Part shown: piece by piece, positions 35,756 to 48,810 of the stretch
How positions within the stretch are numbered: the first letter of the stretch is position 1
Layout of the letters: every line of letters begins with the position of its first letter
NCBI GenBank assembly: GCA_002269645.1
Contig: NIVC01004246.1
Location: forward strand, 1 to 53,395
DNA from: Macrostomum lignano
Taxonomy: Eukaryota
DNA length: 53,395 nucleotides
Direction: 5' to 3'
The notes under the pieces: generated by a model
What the model was told of the DNA's origin: nothing
The model's database searches: none
Seen by the model: only the letters and a program-made list of their open reading frames with translations
Position numbers and translations under genes: made by a program

Positions 35756-36404
35756 GAATAGATGCCCGATTTAGATGCATGCAGACTCGGCAACATGTGG
35801 TGCTCGCCGGCCCCTTGGCAGACACATTAAAGCCGGAGTGCATTTGAATATCGCAGGCGCCGGGTTCGCCTTGTTTGCAAGAGCGCCGCCCCGGCGGCTG
35901 ATAGGGGGGGGGGTCGGTGACAAGGCTTTTATCCGCATGAGCTCAAACAGCTCAAACAGCTCAAACAGCGGGCTCCGGAGGCTGACAGAGAGAGACAGGG
36001 AGGCGAGCTCCTACTATCGATTGACTGCGCGCTGGGCTTTCCTAGAAACGGCGGGCCGGCGGGTCCCTGGGGAGGCTGCCGAGGCTCGGGGCGGCCGGGA
36101 GGCTCCTGGGGCGGGTGGTGGAAATCTCTTCAAAAGTCTACTGCAAGCGCCGTGTTATCATCCGGCGACCTCTCCTGTGTTTTTCTGCTTTTTGCCTCTG
36201 CCCGACCCCGCCAGCCGCAGGCCCTGATCACTGCAGGCCCAGCTTCGGTCATTGCCCGGGACCGCCCCGCCCTCTGCGCCAGAAATTTCAGAATAATCGA
36301 ATTGACGGGCCGGCCTCGGGGCTGTTGATTCCCGCCCGCCTGGGGCTGCCATCGATGCCAATTGGAGGGGCCGGCTGTTTCTCGGCAGGAATTTTGCCAC
36401 CGAT

Positions 36405-36678
36405 AGCTGCTGATCGGGCTGCTCACCGATAGCTAATGCTGCTGATCTGGGCTGTTCACCGAAAGCTAATGCTGCTGATCTGGGCTGCTCACCGATAGCT
36501 AATGCTGCTGATCTGGGCTGCTCACCGATAGCTACTGCTGCTGATCTGGGCTGCTCACCGATAGCTAATGCTGCTGATCTGGGCTGCTCACCGATAGCTA
36601 ATGCTGCTGATCTGGGCTGCTCACCGATAGCTAATGCTGCTGATCTGGGCTGCTCACCGATAGCTACTGCTGCTGATC
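36405..36678. repeat. 33-bp minisatellite
   Basis: Unit CTGGGCTGCTCACCGATAGCTAATGCTGCTGAT. Confidence 0.95.
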
Positions 36679-36844
36679 TTTTAATAATCCTTAACAAATA
36701 TAGAAGCGCAGAGATTGCAGCCATGGACAGGTGGATAGCAACCCCAGAAATAGGAATAAACAAGTCTTGAACACACAGGCGACAACCTCGGACATATATT
36801 TAGCAACACAGATAACAGCAATGAACCACATTGGTCAACAACCT

Positions 36845-37112
36845 CGGACACATCAATAATGAAAATGGACGCACACAGATTACAAACCATGGACACATCA
36901 ATAATGAAAATGGACGCACACAGATTGCACACCACGGACACATCAATAATGAAAATAGATACACAGATTACACACCATGGACACATCAATAATGAAAATG
37001 GACGCACACATATTGCACACCATGGACACATCAATAATGAAAATAGATACACAGATTACACACCATGGACACATCAATAATGAAAGTGGACACACAGATT
37101 ACACACAATGGA
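36845..37112. repeat. ~45-bp minisatellite
   Basis: Unit GGACACATCAATAATGAAAATGGACGCACACAGATTGCACACCAT. Confidence 0.92.
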
Positions 37113-37431
37113 CACTCAGGCCTGCATGGCCATGCCGTCACTCCCAGACACGCAGAGATGCGTATGGGGGTGCAAAAGCAGAAATTCCAGGGCGAGATCC
37201 TATGTCGGGGCCACACGGAGATATTGGGATTTGGAATTAATCGGATCAGCCCAGGCGATGGGGCTGGGAGGTTGGAGCCTGGCACCACGCCCTGTCAATT
37301 TCTCATATCTTTCAGAAGAATGGCAGCTTGGCCGGGCACTAATCGCCTCGCTGCCTTCCGTCTGCGTGCGAATTCGCATGCAAAATTCAATTGGTACCGC
37401 GGCGAGGGTGGGAAGCACGTTTTGGCCGTTC

Positions 37432-37842
37432 TTGCATTCTGGTCCAGGAGTCCATGCACCCCAGTCCGAGCATTCTGGTCCAGGAGTCCATGCACCCCAG
37501 TCCGAGCATTCTGGTCCAGGAGTCCAGGCACCCGCCAGTCCGAGCATTCTGGTCCAGGAGTCCATGCACCCCAGTCCGAGCATTCTGGTCCAGGAGTCCA
37601 GGCACCCGCCAGTCCAAGCATTCTGGTCCAGGAGTCCAGGCACCCGCCAGTCCAAGCATTCTGGTCCAGGAGTCCAGGCACCCGCCAGTCCGAGCATTCT
37701 GGTCCAGGAGTCCAGGTACCCCAGTCCGAGCATTCTGGTCCAGGAGTCTAGGCACCCGCCAGTCCAAGCAAGCATTCTGGTCCAGGAGTCCAGGCACCCC
37801 AGTCCAAGCATTCTGATCCAGGAGTCCAGGCAACCCAGTCCG
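37432..37842. repeat. 34-38-bp minisatellite
   Basis: Unit GCATTCTGGTCCAGGAGTCCAGGCACCC(GCC)AGTCCGA. Confidence 0.92.
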
Positions 37843-38339
37843 TGCATTTTTTATGCTCTAAAAGTCAATGCGTTCCACGAATCCTTAGTCTTAGTTACGG
37901 TTCAGGAGTCCATCAAACTCCAGTTTAGGAGTCCATGAATCTGACGTCTAAGAATTCCATGAATCTGAAATCTAGGAGTCCATGAATTCCCAGTCCAGGT
38001 GAGAACGCAATCAAGGTGGTGGACAACTCTGCACGGACCGAGAGCGGCCGCACTCCTGGCCAGGTGATAATGCAATCAGGACGGCCTGTCTTGGAGCAGG
38101 AGGCGGGCAGGAGGTCCCAGCAGCTGAGTAAACAGTGCGAGATTGGGGACGCCGGGAACTCGGCAGAGACTGGACTTGAGATTGAGACAGGCGAAGAGTG
38201 GGCAACAGGTGGGGCTCAGGGGAGCACGCAGAACTGGCAGCACTTTGGGCACTTTGGACTTGTCTGGCTGCGACAATCGGAAACATTTGGCTTTTTGTCT
38301 GAGGTTGTGGCGGTTGTGACTATTAGATAATATGGAAAT

Positions 38340-38727
<388 letters not shown>

Positions 38728-39269
38728 TGCAGACAGTGCAGGCAGTTACACTACTCAAATATCAGACGCAGAGATCTGCAGTGCGAGCGCAATCCTGAAC
38801 TCCTCAGGCCATTGTCTGCCTGCTGTTTTCCCTCTCCCTCCTCTCCTCCTCACCCCAGTGTATATCAAAATGCGCGGATCGTTGAGCCGCCTCCCAGCGT
38901 AAGAGCCCCGGATAGGGGCTGAAGCGCTCGTACTTATAAAATGAAAAATGAGCCGCCTCCCCCAGCCTCAGGCCCGGGCAGACCGACCGAGCGCTCCACC
39001 CGATTTCACTGGGAGTTCTCGCTGACAGGACGGAGAGTGCACTGGCTGGCTGTGTGGCAGGGTGATACCCCCCCCCCCCGACAATGCGGGGACGGCTGAA
39101 GGAAGACAGAAACTGGAAAGACCCGGCTAGACATGAAGCAGAAGGGAAAGCTGCTACGCAGAGCCGAGAATGCTTGAGTCGCTGCCTGCCTCAGATGGAG
39201 AAACTGAGAGGAACTGGCGGGAAGCTGAGGCTTCAGGGAAAATCCTCAGCTTGCCTGTTGGAGCGAGTC

Positions 39270-39500
39270 AGCAGATTCAGAGAGGGACCGGCAGTCCTGC
39301 TGCAGATTCAGAGAGGGACTGGAAATCCTGCTGCAGATTCAGAGAGGGACTGGCAGGGCTGGCGAAGATTCAGAGAGGGACTGGCAGGGCTGGCGCAGAT
39401 TCAGAGAGGGACTGGCAGGGCTGGCGAGGATTCAGAGAGGGACTGGCAGGGCTGGCGCAGATTCAGAGAGGGACTGGCAGGGCTGCTGCAGATTCAGAGA
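39270..39500. repeat. 31-bp minisatellite
   Basis: Unit GATTCAGAGAGGGACTGGCAGGGCTGGCGCA. Confidence 0.9.
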
Positions 39501-40174
39501 AGAAAGGCAGACGGCCGGTTCCACAAAGACAATTTGTCAGAGCAGCTGCGCAAGCCCCAAACGCGCAGGGACATCGGGAAGGATTGGAAAGAAATCCTGG
39601 AACTCGTCCCGCTCGTTCAGTTGCCAAACATTGGCGCTGCGTGCTGCCGCAGAGGCTGAGGCACCCTGGAACCTGACAGCAGCCCCTACAGCCCCCCCCC
39701 CTGCCAGGCCGCTCCGGAAATGTCAGCGGGGCCGCAGACAGGCAGGTAGGAGAGGCTGCGGAAAGCTCGGAGTGGCTGATGATGAACGGCGCGGACCCCC
39801 TTCGATGCCGAAGAAAGCCGGTCTGGCTGGGGAACTGCCGGTGCGCACCGAACTCCCCTCTGGCTCGCGCTGAGCTCCGCTGGCCCAGTTCTGGGCCGCC
39901 TCCCCTCTGCTGGCGGCGAGACAGCGCCGGACTCGCTAACTCGATTTCTTGAAGACGAGTCAAGCCCCCCGGCCTCCGCGCCACTTTTTGTGTCTCCGAT
40001 TTTCATTTCTCTTCTTCCCCTGACAGACAACTTCCTTCCCCGCGTCTCTACTCGTCCCGCCCGGGCAGCCCGTCTGAGTCATGGATGAGACTCAACAAGC
40101 CGCTTAAAGCGCTAAAAGTGCAGTCCGATAGACTTGGGATTCGAGTCACGGGCTCTGCAGCTTTTTTGATTTGG

Positions 40175-40640
40175 ACCATTGAAGCCTGTCTGACTTACTG
40201 GGATTCGAGTCTGGGACCTTTGAATCCTGTCCGACTTACTGAGGATTCGAGTCTGGGACCTTTGAAGCCTGTCCGACTTACTGGGGATTCGAGTCTGGGA
40301 CCTTTGAAGCCTGTCCGACTTACTGGGGATTCGAGTCTGGGACCTTTGAAGCCTGTCCGACTTACTGAGGATTCGAGTCTGGGACCTTTGAAGCCTGTCC
40401 GACTTACTGGGGATTCGAGTCTGGGACCTTTGAAGCCTGTCCGACTTACTGGGGATTCGAGTCTGGGACCTTTGAAGCCTGTCCGACTTACTGGGGATTC
40501 GAGTCTGGGACCTTTGAAGCCTGTCTGACACTGGGGATTCGAGTCTGGGACCTTTGAAGCCTGTCTGGCACTGGGGATTCAAGTCCCAGACCTTTGAAGC
40601 CTGTCTGACTTACTGGGGATTCGAGTCTGGGACCTTTGAC
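40175..40640. repeat. 42-bp minisatellite
   Basis: Unit GGGGATTCGAGTCTGGGACCTTTGAAGCCTGTCCGACTTACT. Confidence 0.95.
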
Positions 40641-40759
40641 ACGTGTCTTCCTCTGGGATTCGAGCCCGGGACCAGAGCATGCAAAGGGCAAGGCAGGGCA
40701 ATTGAGACTCAGCAAAGATGGAGTCAGGGCAAAGCCCTGGTGCAGCAGCCGGCGCTCAC

Positions 40760-41362
40760 CCTGGCCAGCGTGGAGGTCTGCGGCTCCTCCAGGATGTTCC
40801 ACACGATCCGCTTGAACTCGCCGTAACGCCCGAAGCCGAAGTCGTGCTCAACGTTGCGCTGGTTCCACTTCACGGCCTCCATGTCCTTGCGAATCTCCTC
40901 CTCCGCCGTCTCCTTCTTCTGGTGGTACTTGTGCTGGCAGCAGAGGTCGAAGTAGTCCTCGGAGATGCCCCAGTACTTGAGCTCGGCAGCGAAGGAGATC
41001 ACGCAGACGTCGTCGCTCATGTGCAGCTTGCCGGTGCGGTAGAAGTTCAGCACGGGGTGGAAGAACTTCGGGTGCCGATCGAAGTAGAACTCGCCCTCGC
41101 ACGCGCTGTAGTCGTCGCAGAGCTCGCGGATTTCCTCCGGACTGCCGGCGAGTCGCAGGCGGCCCAGGCGGGTCTTGGGCAGGCGGTCCAGCGTGCGCCA
41201 CATGACCTCGTGCCGCTCCCCGCCGACATTCAGCACCACCCGGCGGGGTCGGTCTGCCTCGCCTGAGTGCGGCTGATGGTGATGATGATGATGATGATGA
41301 TGATGAGGCTGCTGAAGAGGGCTGGTGCGGATCCTCAGTGGCTCCCGGGGCTTGGTGATCAT
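40760..41362 (-). CDS. Shab: Kv2/Shab channel exon 1 (T1 tetramerisation domain)
   Basis: RRVVLNVGGERHEVMWRTLDRLPKTRLGRL...FYFDRHP...FYRTGKLH...CCQHKY is Kv2-specific; AGG|GTGAG donor, phase 0. The start codon is uncertain. Confidence 0.92.
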
Positions 41363-42284
41363 CCATGTGCTGCTGCTGCTGCTGATGCTGCATTGTGTGC
41401 TGCTTCCGCCTGCGACTCCGGCATTGGCTGCTGCTGCTCCTGGATGCTCTGACGCAGTCTGCGCTGCCGCAGGGTTCTGCGGTGGCAGCTGCGGAGGCGC
41501 TGGCGGCTTCGGCTGCGGCTCTGGCTACGGCGGCGGCTGCGGCGGAGGAGTTGGTGCAGCCCCCGCTGCGGGCGGCGAACATGCAGTTGGGGCGGGCGGG
41601 GCTTTTCAGTTGGGAATCGCCGGGCGGAGTTTAAATTTAACTCCCGCTCTCGCAGGCCGGATCGCACTGGCTGAGGCTGGGGAGGCCGGCGGGCTGCGCG
41701 GGGCAGAGCGGCGGCGGAGGGGAGGCTGTCCAAGGTCGAATGGGATCAATAGAGGCAGCGAGGGGAGCCCGAGGTGGCTGGTGAGCGCGCTGAGCTGGCG
41801 TCTCTGCCGCTCTGTCTCCACTGGGCAGGCAGGGCGAGCACGGGAGGCCTTTGTGTTGCCCGTTCGAACTGCCGGGGCGATGCGCGGCGGCTGCGGACAG
41901 GAGGCGGCCGAAGGTGCCGGTGGAAGCAGCTTTTCTTCTGGCTGATTAAACAGCTGCCGGCTGGAATTCGGTTGTTGGGGGGGGCGATTAACTGGCAGCT
42001 GGGACTGCCGCTGGTTAGACTACTGCCAGCAGAGTAGTATATGTGGTGTGCATGGAGTGGCAGCAGGCAGTGGTGAAATAATTCAGTGCTCTGCCTTCAA
42101 GTGCTCTTGCCGCCTGCGCGGCGGAACTCGCAGCTGAGCGCAGGATCGATTGAGCGCAGAGTTTTGAATCAGCTGCGTGCCGGCCGTGCTGGCCTGCTCT
42201 TGAGGCCCAGACAGTTTTAAAGAATTTGCCCACAGTCTGTATGTGGCTGCTAAGAACAGCTGAGAAGCTCTCGAGATTCCCCAT

Positions 42285-43050
42285 GAGGCCACAAAGCAGG
42301 CCATCCCGAAATTCCCCATGAAGCCTCAGGGCAGGCTATCAAAAAATTCCACATTAAACCTCAGGGCAAGCCATCCCGAAATTCCCCATGAAGCCTCAGG
42401 GCAATCATCCCGAAATTCCCCATGAGGATTCAGAGCAAGTCATCCCAAAATTCCCCATGAGGATTCAGAGCAAGCCATCCCGAAATTCCCCATGAGAATT
42501 CAGGGCAAGCCATCCCGAAATTCCCCATGAGGATTCAGAGCAAGTCATCCCAAAATTCCCCATGAGGATTCAGAGCAAGCCATCCCGAAATTCCCCATGA
42601 GAATTCAGGGCAAGCCATCCCGAAATTCCCCATGAGGATTCAGGGCAAGCCATCCCCAAATTCCCCATGAGGATTCAGGGTAAGCCATCCCGAAATTCCC
42701 CATGAGGATTCAGGGCAAGCCATCCCGAAATTCCCCATGAGGATTCAGGGCAAGCCATCCCGAAATTCCCCATGAGGTTTCAGGGCAAGTCATCCCGAAA
42801 TTCCCCATGAGGTTTCAGGGCAAGCCGTCCGGAAATTCCCCATGAGGATTCAGGGCAAGCCATCCCGAAATTCCCCATGAGGATTCAGGACAAGCCATCC
42901 CGAAATTCCCCATGAGGATTCAGGACAAGCCATCCCGAAATTCCCCATGAGGATTCAGGGCAAGCCATCCTGAAATTCCCCATGAGGATTCAGGACAAGC
43001 CATCCCGAAATTCCCCATGAGGTTTCAGGGCAAGCCATGCCGGAATTCCC
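42285..43050. repeat. 35-bp minisatellite
   Basis: Unit GGATTCAGGGCAAGCCATCCCGAAATTCCCCATGA. Confidence 0.96.
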
Positions 43051-43519
43051 TCGCGAGCGCCACCTTAGGGGGCCGCATTGCGGGCCAATCGCCAAAATGA
43101 ATTCTTCTTCACGCAGAGCAGGGAAATAATCAGAGCTCACGCGATGCAGCCCTGGAGGCTGGATGGGAATCGGGATAAGCCTGCCGAGACAACAGCCCCA
43201 TCATCGCTCATGGCTTAATCGGCCTCCACAGCCTCCCAGATTGGGATCAGCGCCGCTAAACAAGCGAAGCGAATTTTGGACGGGATGAAAGCTGCAGATC
43301 CCCCTGCCGCTGAGCAGCCGGCAGGCCGCCTGCCGGGCCGCCACCCCCTGCCTGGCAACTGCGGCTGTTAAAAACTGCCGCTCAGCCTCGCAAACTTGCC
43401 AGCTCGTGTGCCGCTGACCCCCCCCCACCACCAGCACCAAGTACAACTGGGGATGGAAATGCACGCAAGCATGGGAAATTTAACTGAGCTTTGAGTCCAT
43501 TTCAATGCATTCAAGCATC

Positions 43520-44183
43520 AGGGGATTAGCATGGATTGCTAGCCTAGTCATTGAGCTGTGGACAGGGGATTAGCATGGATTGCTAGCCTAGTCATTGAAC
43601 TGCAGACAGGGGATTAGCATGGATTGCTAGCCTAGCCATTGAGCTGTGAACAGGGGATTAGCATGGATTGCTAGCCTAGCCATTGAGCTGTGGACGGGGG
43701 ATTATAATGGATTGCTAGCCTAGCCAACGAACTGCAGAGTGGATTAGCATGGATTGCTAGTCTAGCCAACAAACTGCAGAGTGGGATAGCATGGATTGCT
43801 AGTCTAGCCAACAAACTGCAGAGTGGGATAGCATGGATTGCTAATCTAGCCAACAAACTGCAGAGTGAGATAGCATGGATTGCTAGTCTAGCCAACAAAC
43901 TGCAGAGTGGGATAGCATGGATTGCTAGTCTAGCCAACAAACTGCAGAGTGGGATAGCATGGATTGCTAGTCTAGCCAACAAACTGCAGAGTGGGATAGC
44001 ATGGATTGCTAGTGTAGCCAACAAACTGCAGAGTGGGATAGCATGGATTGCTAGTCTAGCCAACAAACTGCAGAGTGAGATAGCATGGATTGCTAGTCTA
44101 GCCAACAAACTGCAGAGTGGGATAGCATGGATTGCTAGTCTAGCCAACAAACTGCAGAGTGCATGGATTGCTAGTGTAGCCAA
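43520..44183. repeat. Minisatellite grading from a 44-bp to a 42-bp unit
   Basis: Main unit GCATGGATTGCTAGTCTAGCCAACAAACTGCAGAGTGGGATA. Confidence 0.94.
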
Positions 44184-44939
44184 TCTAGACCATGCACCCT
44201 ACAGGTGTTGATCGAGGAAGACAATGCATGTACTATAGTAGCTATAATCAAGGAGAGGCCCGGATGCGGCGCCCGTTGAACTTACCCGCTGAACTTTCCG
44301 GATGCAGCAGAGGGGCAGGCGGCGGCGGCTCAGACGGGGAACACAGCGAGTTCCGCAGCAGGGCGCAGAAATTTATCCGCCTGTCTGTCTGGGCGGGCAG
44401 CCGAGGATCTGGGAATCCCCTCGGCCAATAGGGGGGGGGGGGGGGCGGCGCCACGCCAGGCGCGAAGTCCCTTAGGGGTTTGGGGGGCGGATTTAGCAAA
44501 ATGTGACGCGGAAGCGGCCGCGTCCCCTTCGCTTCCACGCGCTCGAGACCAAGAGGCAGATTTTCTGCTTGTCATTTTTGAAATCTTCGACTTGCTGGCG
44601 GCTCGGGACTCAACTGACGGATTTTTATGGGTCAGCTCCTCCGCTCTCTTTTAGAAGACCAAGGAAAGCAGGAAGCGCGGCTGGGCCAGAGGAAGACAAA
44701 CAACTGAGTGGAAACAAGAAATCAAATAAATAGAAAACCAGAGAGACACAGACTAGAGTGCAGGTAGAGAGTAAAGAGAGATGAAGATGAAGGGAAAAAG
44801 TCAGAAAGATGCGAGACAAAGGACAATAGTCAGACAGAAATTTGAGATGATAAGAGAGAGTCAGAGAGAGGCTAGAGATAAGAGGAAAGAGTCAGAGATT
44901 TTAGATCAATGGAACGAGTCAGAGACTCGAAGGGATTGG

Positions 44940-45240
44940 GTTAGAGAGAGACTGGAGATGAATTGAGGGTCAGAGAGAGACTGGAGATGAATGGAGGGTC
45001 AGAGAGGACAGGAGATGAAGGGAGGGTCAGAGAGAGACTGGAGATGAATGGAGGGTCAGAGACAGACTGGAGATGAAGGGAGGGTCAGAGAGAGACTGGA
45101 GATGAATGGAGGGTCAGAGACAGACTGGAGATGAAGGGAGGGTCAGAGAGAGACTGGAGATGAAGGGAGGGTCAGAGAGAGACTGGAGATGAAGGGAGGG
45201 TCGGAGAGAGACTGGAGATGAAGGGAGGGTCAGAGAGATG
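44940..45240. repeat. 29-bp purine-rich minisatellite
   Basis: Unit GAGAGAGACTGGAGATGAAGGGAGGGTCA. Confidence 0.93.
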
Positions 45241-46197
45241 GAGACGTAGTCAGACAGTGGGGGCCAATAAACGCAGATTCCCGCGCACCAACTCGCAGTT
45301 TTATGGTGGGGCATCGTGGAATCGTAAAAAATCAGAGTCAACTGCGGCAGCTCTGGCCGGGCAATCGGCTGCTGCGATGGCTCCACCAGCGCCCTTGGGG
45401 ATCTCTCAGTGTGGCAATAGCCAGCCCCTGAATAGCAGCCGAACAGACTTTCCGCTGTTTCTGGGGAATCCGATATACGCGGCAGTTGAAAAGTTGCGCA
45501 GTTCGTCCTCAGCCGCCGCCGGTAGCTCCCAAGCCGGCCGGCCATCCTTGCCTCATCAATTTTGTTTGAGCGGGCTGCGAGCGGACTCCGCTGCTTGGAA
45601 AAGCAACGGAGCGGCACAAAGGCTGTGGGGGGGGGCCCAGTGTGAAATATTCATCACTGCGCGGCCAAGTGCAGCTCCGCCAACTATGAAATTGGACTGC
45701 AAAATGAAAAGATGAGGCAAGGAGGCTGGTCTAACATGGCTTCTTCATCTGCATCTGATTGGAGCCTCAGATGCACAAGAAAAGTGCAAATAACTGCTGC
45801 TCGGGTGGCCTGCTTTTGTCTGCACTATTTGCCATGTAAATGCGAGCTAGCGGCTTTTAGGCGACAGTTCACTGTTTCAATAAACACAGTATGATGCAGC
45901 ACAGCTTCAGTCTAAGGTTGTATGTACTCTCAGGTATTCTACCCAATAGTCTGGCTCAACTCCACTTTCTACATGTAACTCTTGCTGCAAGGAATTCTAC
46001 TCCATCTTATGTAATCCCTTATCAAGCGTAGCACCCGCTATGCATTGCTGAATGAACAGCATGGATGATCCTCTTTGCATGAGCTTTGAGCATAATTGCA
46101 TCATACATTATTTTTTTAAGCCCAAACACCTCAACTACAGGACTAATACGTGCCTGGTGCAATTTAAGCACGATTTGTAAGCACACCTATGACATTG

Positions 46198-46990
46198 TGT
46201 TTATGGGCCTTGTGATGACTAAGGGCCTTGTGTCTATGGGCCTTGTGATGACTAAGGGCCTTGTGTCTATGGGCCTTGTGATGACTAAGGGCCTTGTGTC
46301 TATGGGCCTTGCGTCTATGGGCCTTGTGTCTATGGGCCTTGTGTCTATGGGCCTTGTGTCTATGGGCCTTGTGTCTATGGGCCTTGTGATGACTAAGGGC
46401 CTTGTGTCTATGGGCCTTGTGATGACTAAAGGCCTTGTGTCTATGGGCCTTGTGATGACTAAGGGCCTTGTGTCTATGGGCCTTGTGATGACTAAGGGCC
46501 TTGTGTCTATGGGCCTTGTGATGACTAAGGGCCTTGTGCCTATGGGCCTTGTGATGACTAAGGGCCTTGTGATGACTAAGGGCCTTGTGTCTATGGGCCT
46601 TGTGTCTATGGGCCTTGTGTCTATGGGCCTTGTGTCTATGGGCCTTGTGATGACTAAGGGCCTTGTGTCTATGGGCCTTGTGATGACTAAAGGCCTTGTG
46701 TCTATGGGCCTTGTGATGACTAAGGGCCTTGTGTCTATGGGCCTTGCGATGACTAAGGGCCTTGTGTCTATGGGCCTTGTGTCTATGGGCCTTGTGATGA
46801 CTAAGGGCCTTGTGTCTATGGGCCTTGTGATGACTAAGGGCCTTGTGTCTATGGGCCTTGTGATGACTAAGGGCCTTGTGTCTATGGGCCTTGTGATGAC
46901 TAAGGGCCTTGTGTCTATGGGCCTTGTGTCTATGGCTTTGTACAATGGGCTTTGTGTCTAAGACCTTGTGCCTAAGACTGTGTTTATATC
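46198..46990. repeat. Composite 15/18-bp minisatellite
   Basis: Modules ATGGGCCTTGTGTCT and ATGACTAAGGGCCTTGTG interleaved. Confidence 0.95.
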
Positions 46991-47889
46991 CTTGTGCCTA
47001 TGGTATTGTCAAAGCCGTTATTGCTTAAACATGTACATGTACAACAATAATGTATGGCCATAGACATCGATAATGCCGGAAATTCCTAGCTATGTTTCAA
47101 CCATGTTTCCAGTCGCTGAGTTATTTAAGTTGTCCTTGCATCTCAGGCAAAAAATATGATAACAAACAGAACAGAACCGCAGCGGCTAGAAGCGGTTTGC
47201 TTTGAAACAGCATGGGGAATCGCTGTGCTGAAGGGTTCGCCTGCTGTATTAGAGCTAGTCAGCCAGGGGCGGTCAGGGGAAGGAACTGCAAAAAAAGGAA
47301 CGGAGGAAAGCAAACTGAAGAACAGTTATATAAATCCGCACACCGCAGTGACGGTCTGTCATAGCAGGCAAACCTTGTAAGCGGTGGGCAATGGAGCTAA
47401 CGGCATACACTGCAACTCGTAGTTACAGACTGCAGCAGGCAAAACGCATTTGTACAGAGTTTCATCATGGTGTGCAAACAGGTAAAAAATTATTCAACTA
47501 AAAGTACTTCTGTGCAGTCATAACTAAATCGCTCAAACAAGTACAATCTGGGCAGGGGCCCAGCCAGAGTTGCTGGTGACTGAAAACAGAAGAGCCTGAG
47601 CGGGCTTTGAGTCGAAAGCAATCAAGGGGAGGCCTCACCTGGGAAGGACAAGCGGGAAGCTGCGAACGCAGTTAATTAATGGATGAGGCTGAATGCGCTT
47701 CGTTCCCGGTGCGGACATTGCTCGCATTATGCGCATTTGCATGAGGGAGAGTTGTACAGTCAATTGTACATCGGTGGGGGTGGGAACAGCAGGCTGTGTA
47801 AGCTATTATAAGGGGTGAAGCTATTATAAGGGCAGAGCCGAGTTTACCTTGGGCAGGACATTGTACATTGCACATTGGGTGCTGCAGAG

Positions 47890-48810
47890 CTGAATGAGCA
47901 TTGATGGGGCTGTAGAGCTGGGTGTACATTGGTGGGGTGGGGTTGGGGCTGTAGAGCTGAGTGTACATTCGCGGGTGTGGGGTTGGGGGTTGCAGAGCCG
48001 AGTGTACATTGGCAGATTTGGGGGTTGGGAGTTGCAGAGCCGGGTGTACATTGGCGGGTGTGGGGGTTAGAAGTTGCAGAGCCGAGTGTACACTGGCGGT
48101 TGTGGGGGTTGGGGTTGCAGAGCTGAGTGTACACTGGCGGTTGTGGGGGTTGGGGGTTGCAGAGCTGAGTGTACACTGGCGGTTGTGGGGGTTGGGGGTT
48201 GCAGAGCCGAGTGTACACTGGCGGTTGTGGGGGTTGGGGGTTGCAGAGCTGAGTGTACATTGGCGGGTGTAGGGGGTTAGGGGTTGCAGAGCTGAGTGTA
48301 CACTGGCGGTTGTGGGGGTTGGGGTTGCAGAGCCGAGTGTACACTGGCGGTTGTGGGGTTGGGGGTTGCAGACTGAGTGTACATTGGCGGGTGTAGGGGG
48401 TTAGGGGTTGCAGAGCCGAGTGTACACTGGCGGTTGTGGGGGTTGGGGGTTGCAGAGCCGAGTGTACATTGGCGGTGTGGGGGTTGGGGGTTGCAGAGCC
48501 GAGTGTACACTGGCGGTTGTGGGGGTTGGAGGTTGCAGAGCCGAGTGTACACTGGCGGTTGTGGGGGTTGGAGGTTGCAGAGCCGAGTGTACACTGGCGG
48601 TTGTGGGGGTTGGAGGTTGCAGAGCCGAGTGTACACTGGCGGTTGTGGGGGTTGGGGTTGCAGAGCTGAGTGTACATTGGCGGGTGTAGGGGGTTAGGGG
48701 TTGCAGAGCCGAGTGTACACTGGCGGTTGTGGGGGTTGGGGGTTGCAGAGCCGAGTGTACATTGGCGGGTGTGGGGGTTAGGGGTTGCAGAACCGAGTGT
48801 ACATTGGCGG
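47890..48810. repeat. ~42-bp G-tract-rich minisatellite
   Basis: Unit GTTGCAGAGCCGAGTGTACACTGGCGGTTGTGGGGGTTGGGG. Confidence 0.95.

Noticed and set aside
39084-39676. ATG-initiated plus-strand ORF inside Kv2 intron 1
   Set aside because: Largely the 31-bp repeat; no recognisable domain or splice context.
48390-48790. TTAGGG-like hexamers as interstitial telomere
   Set aside because: Isolated variants within a 42-bp unit, not tandem TTAGGG.
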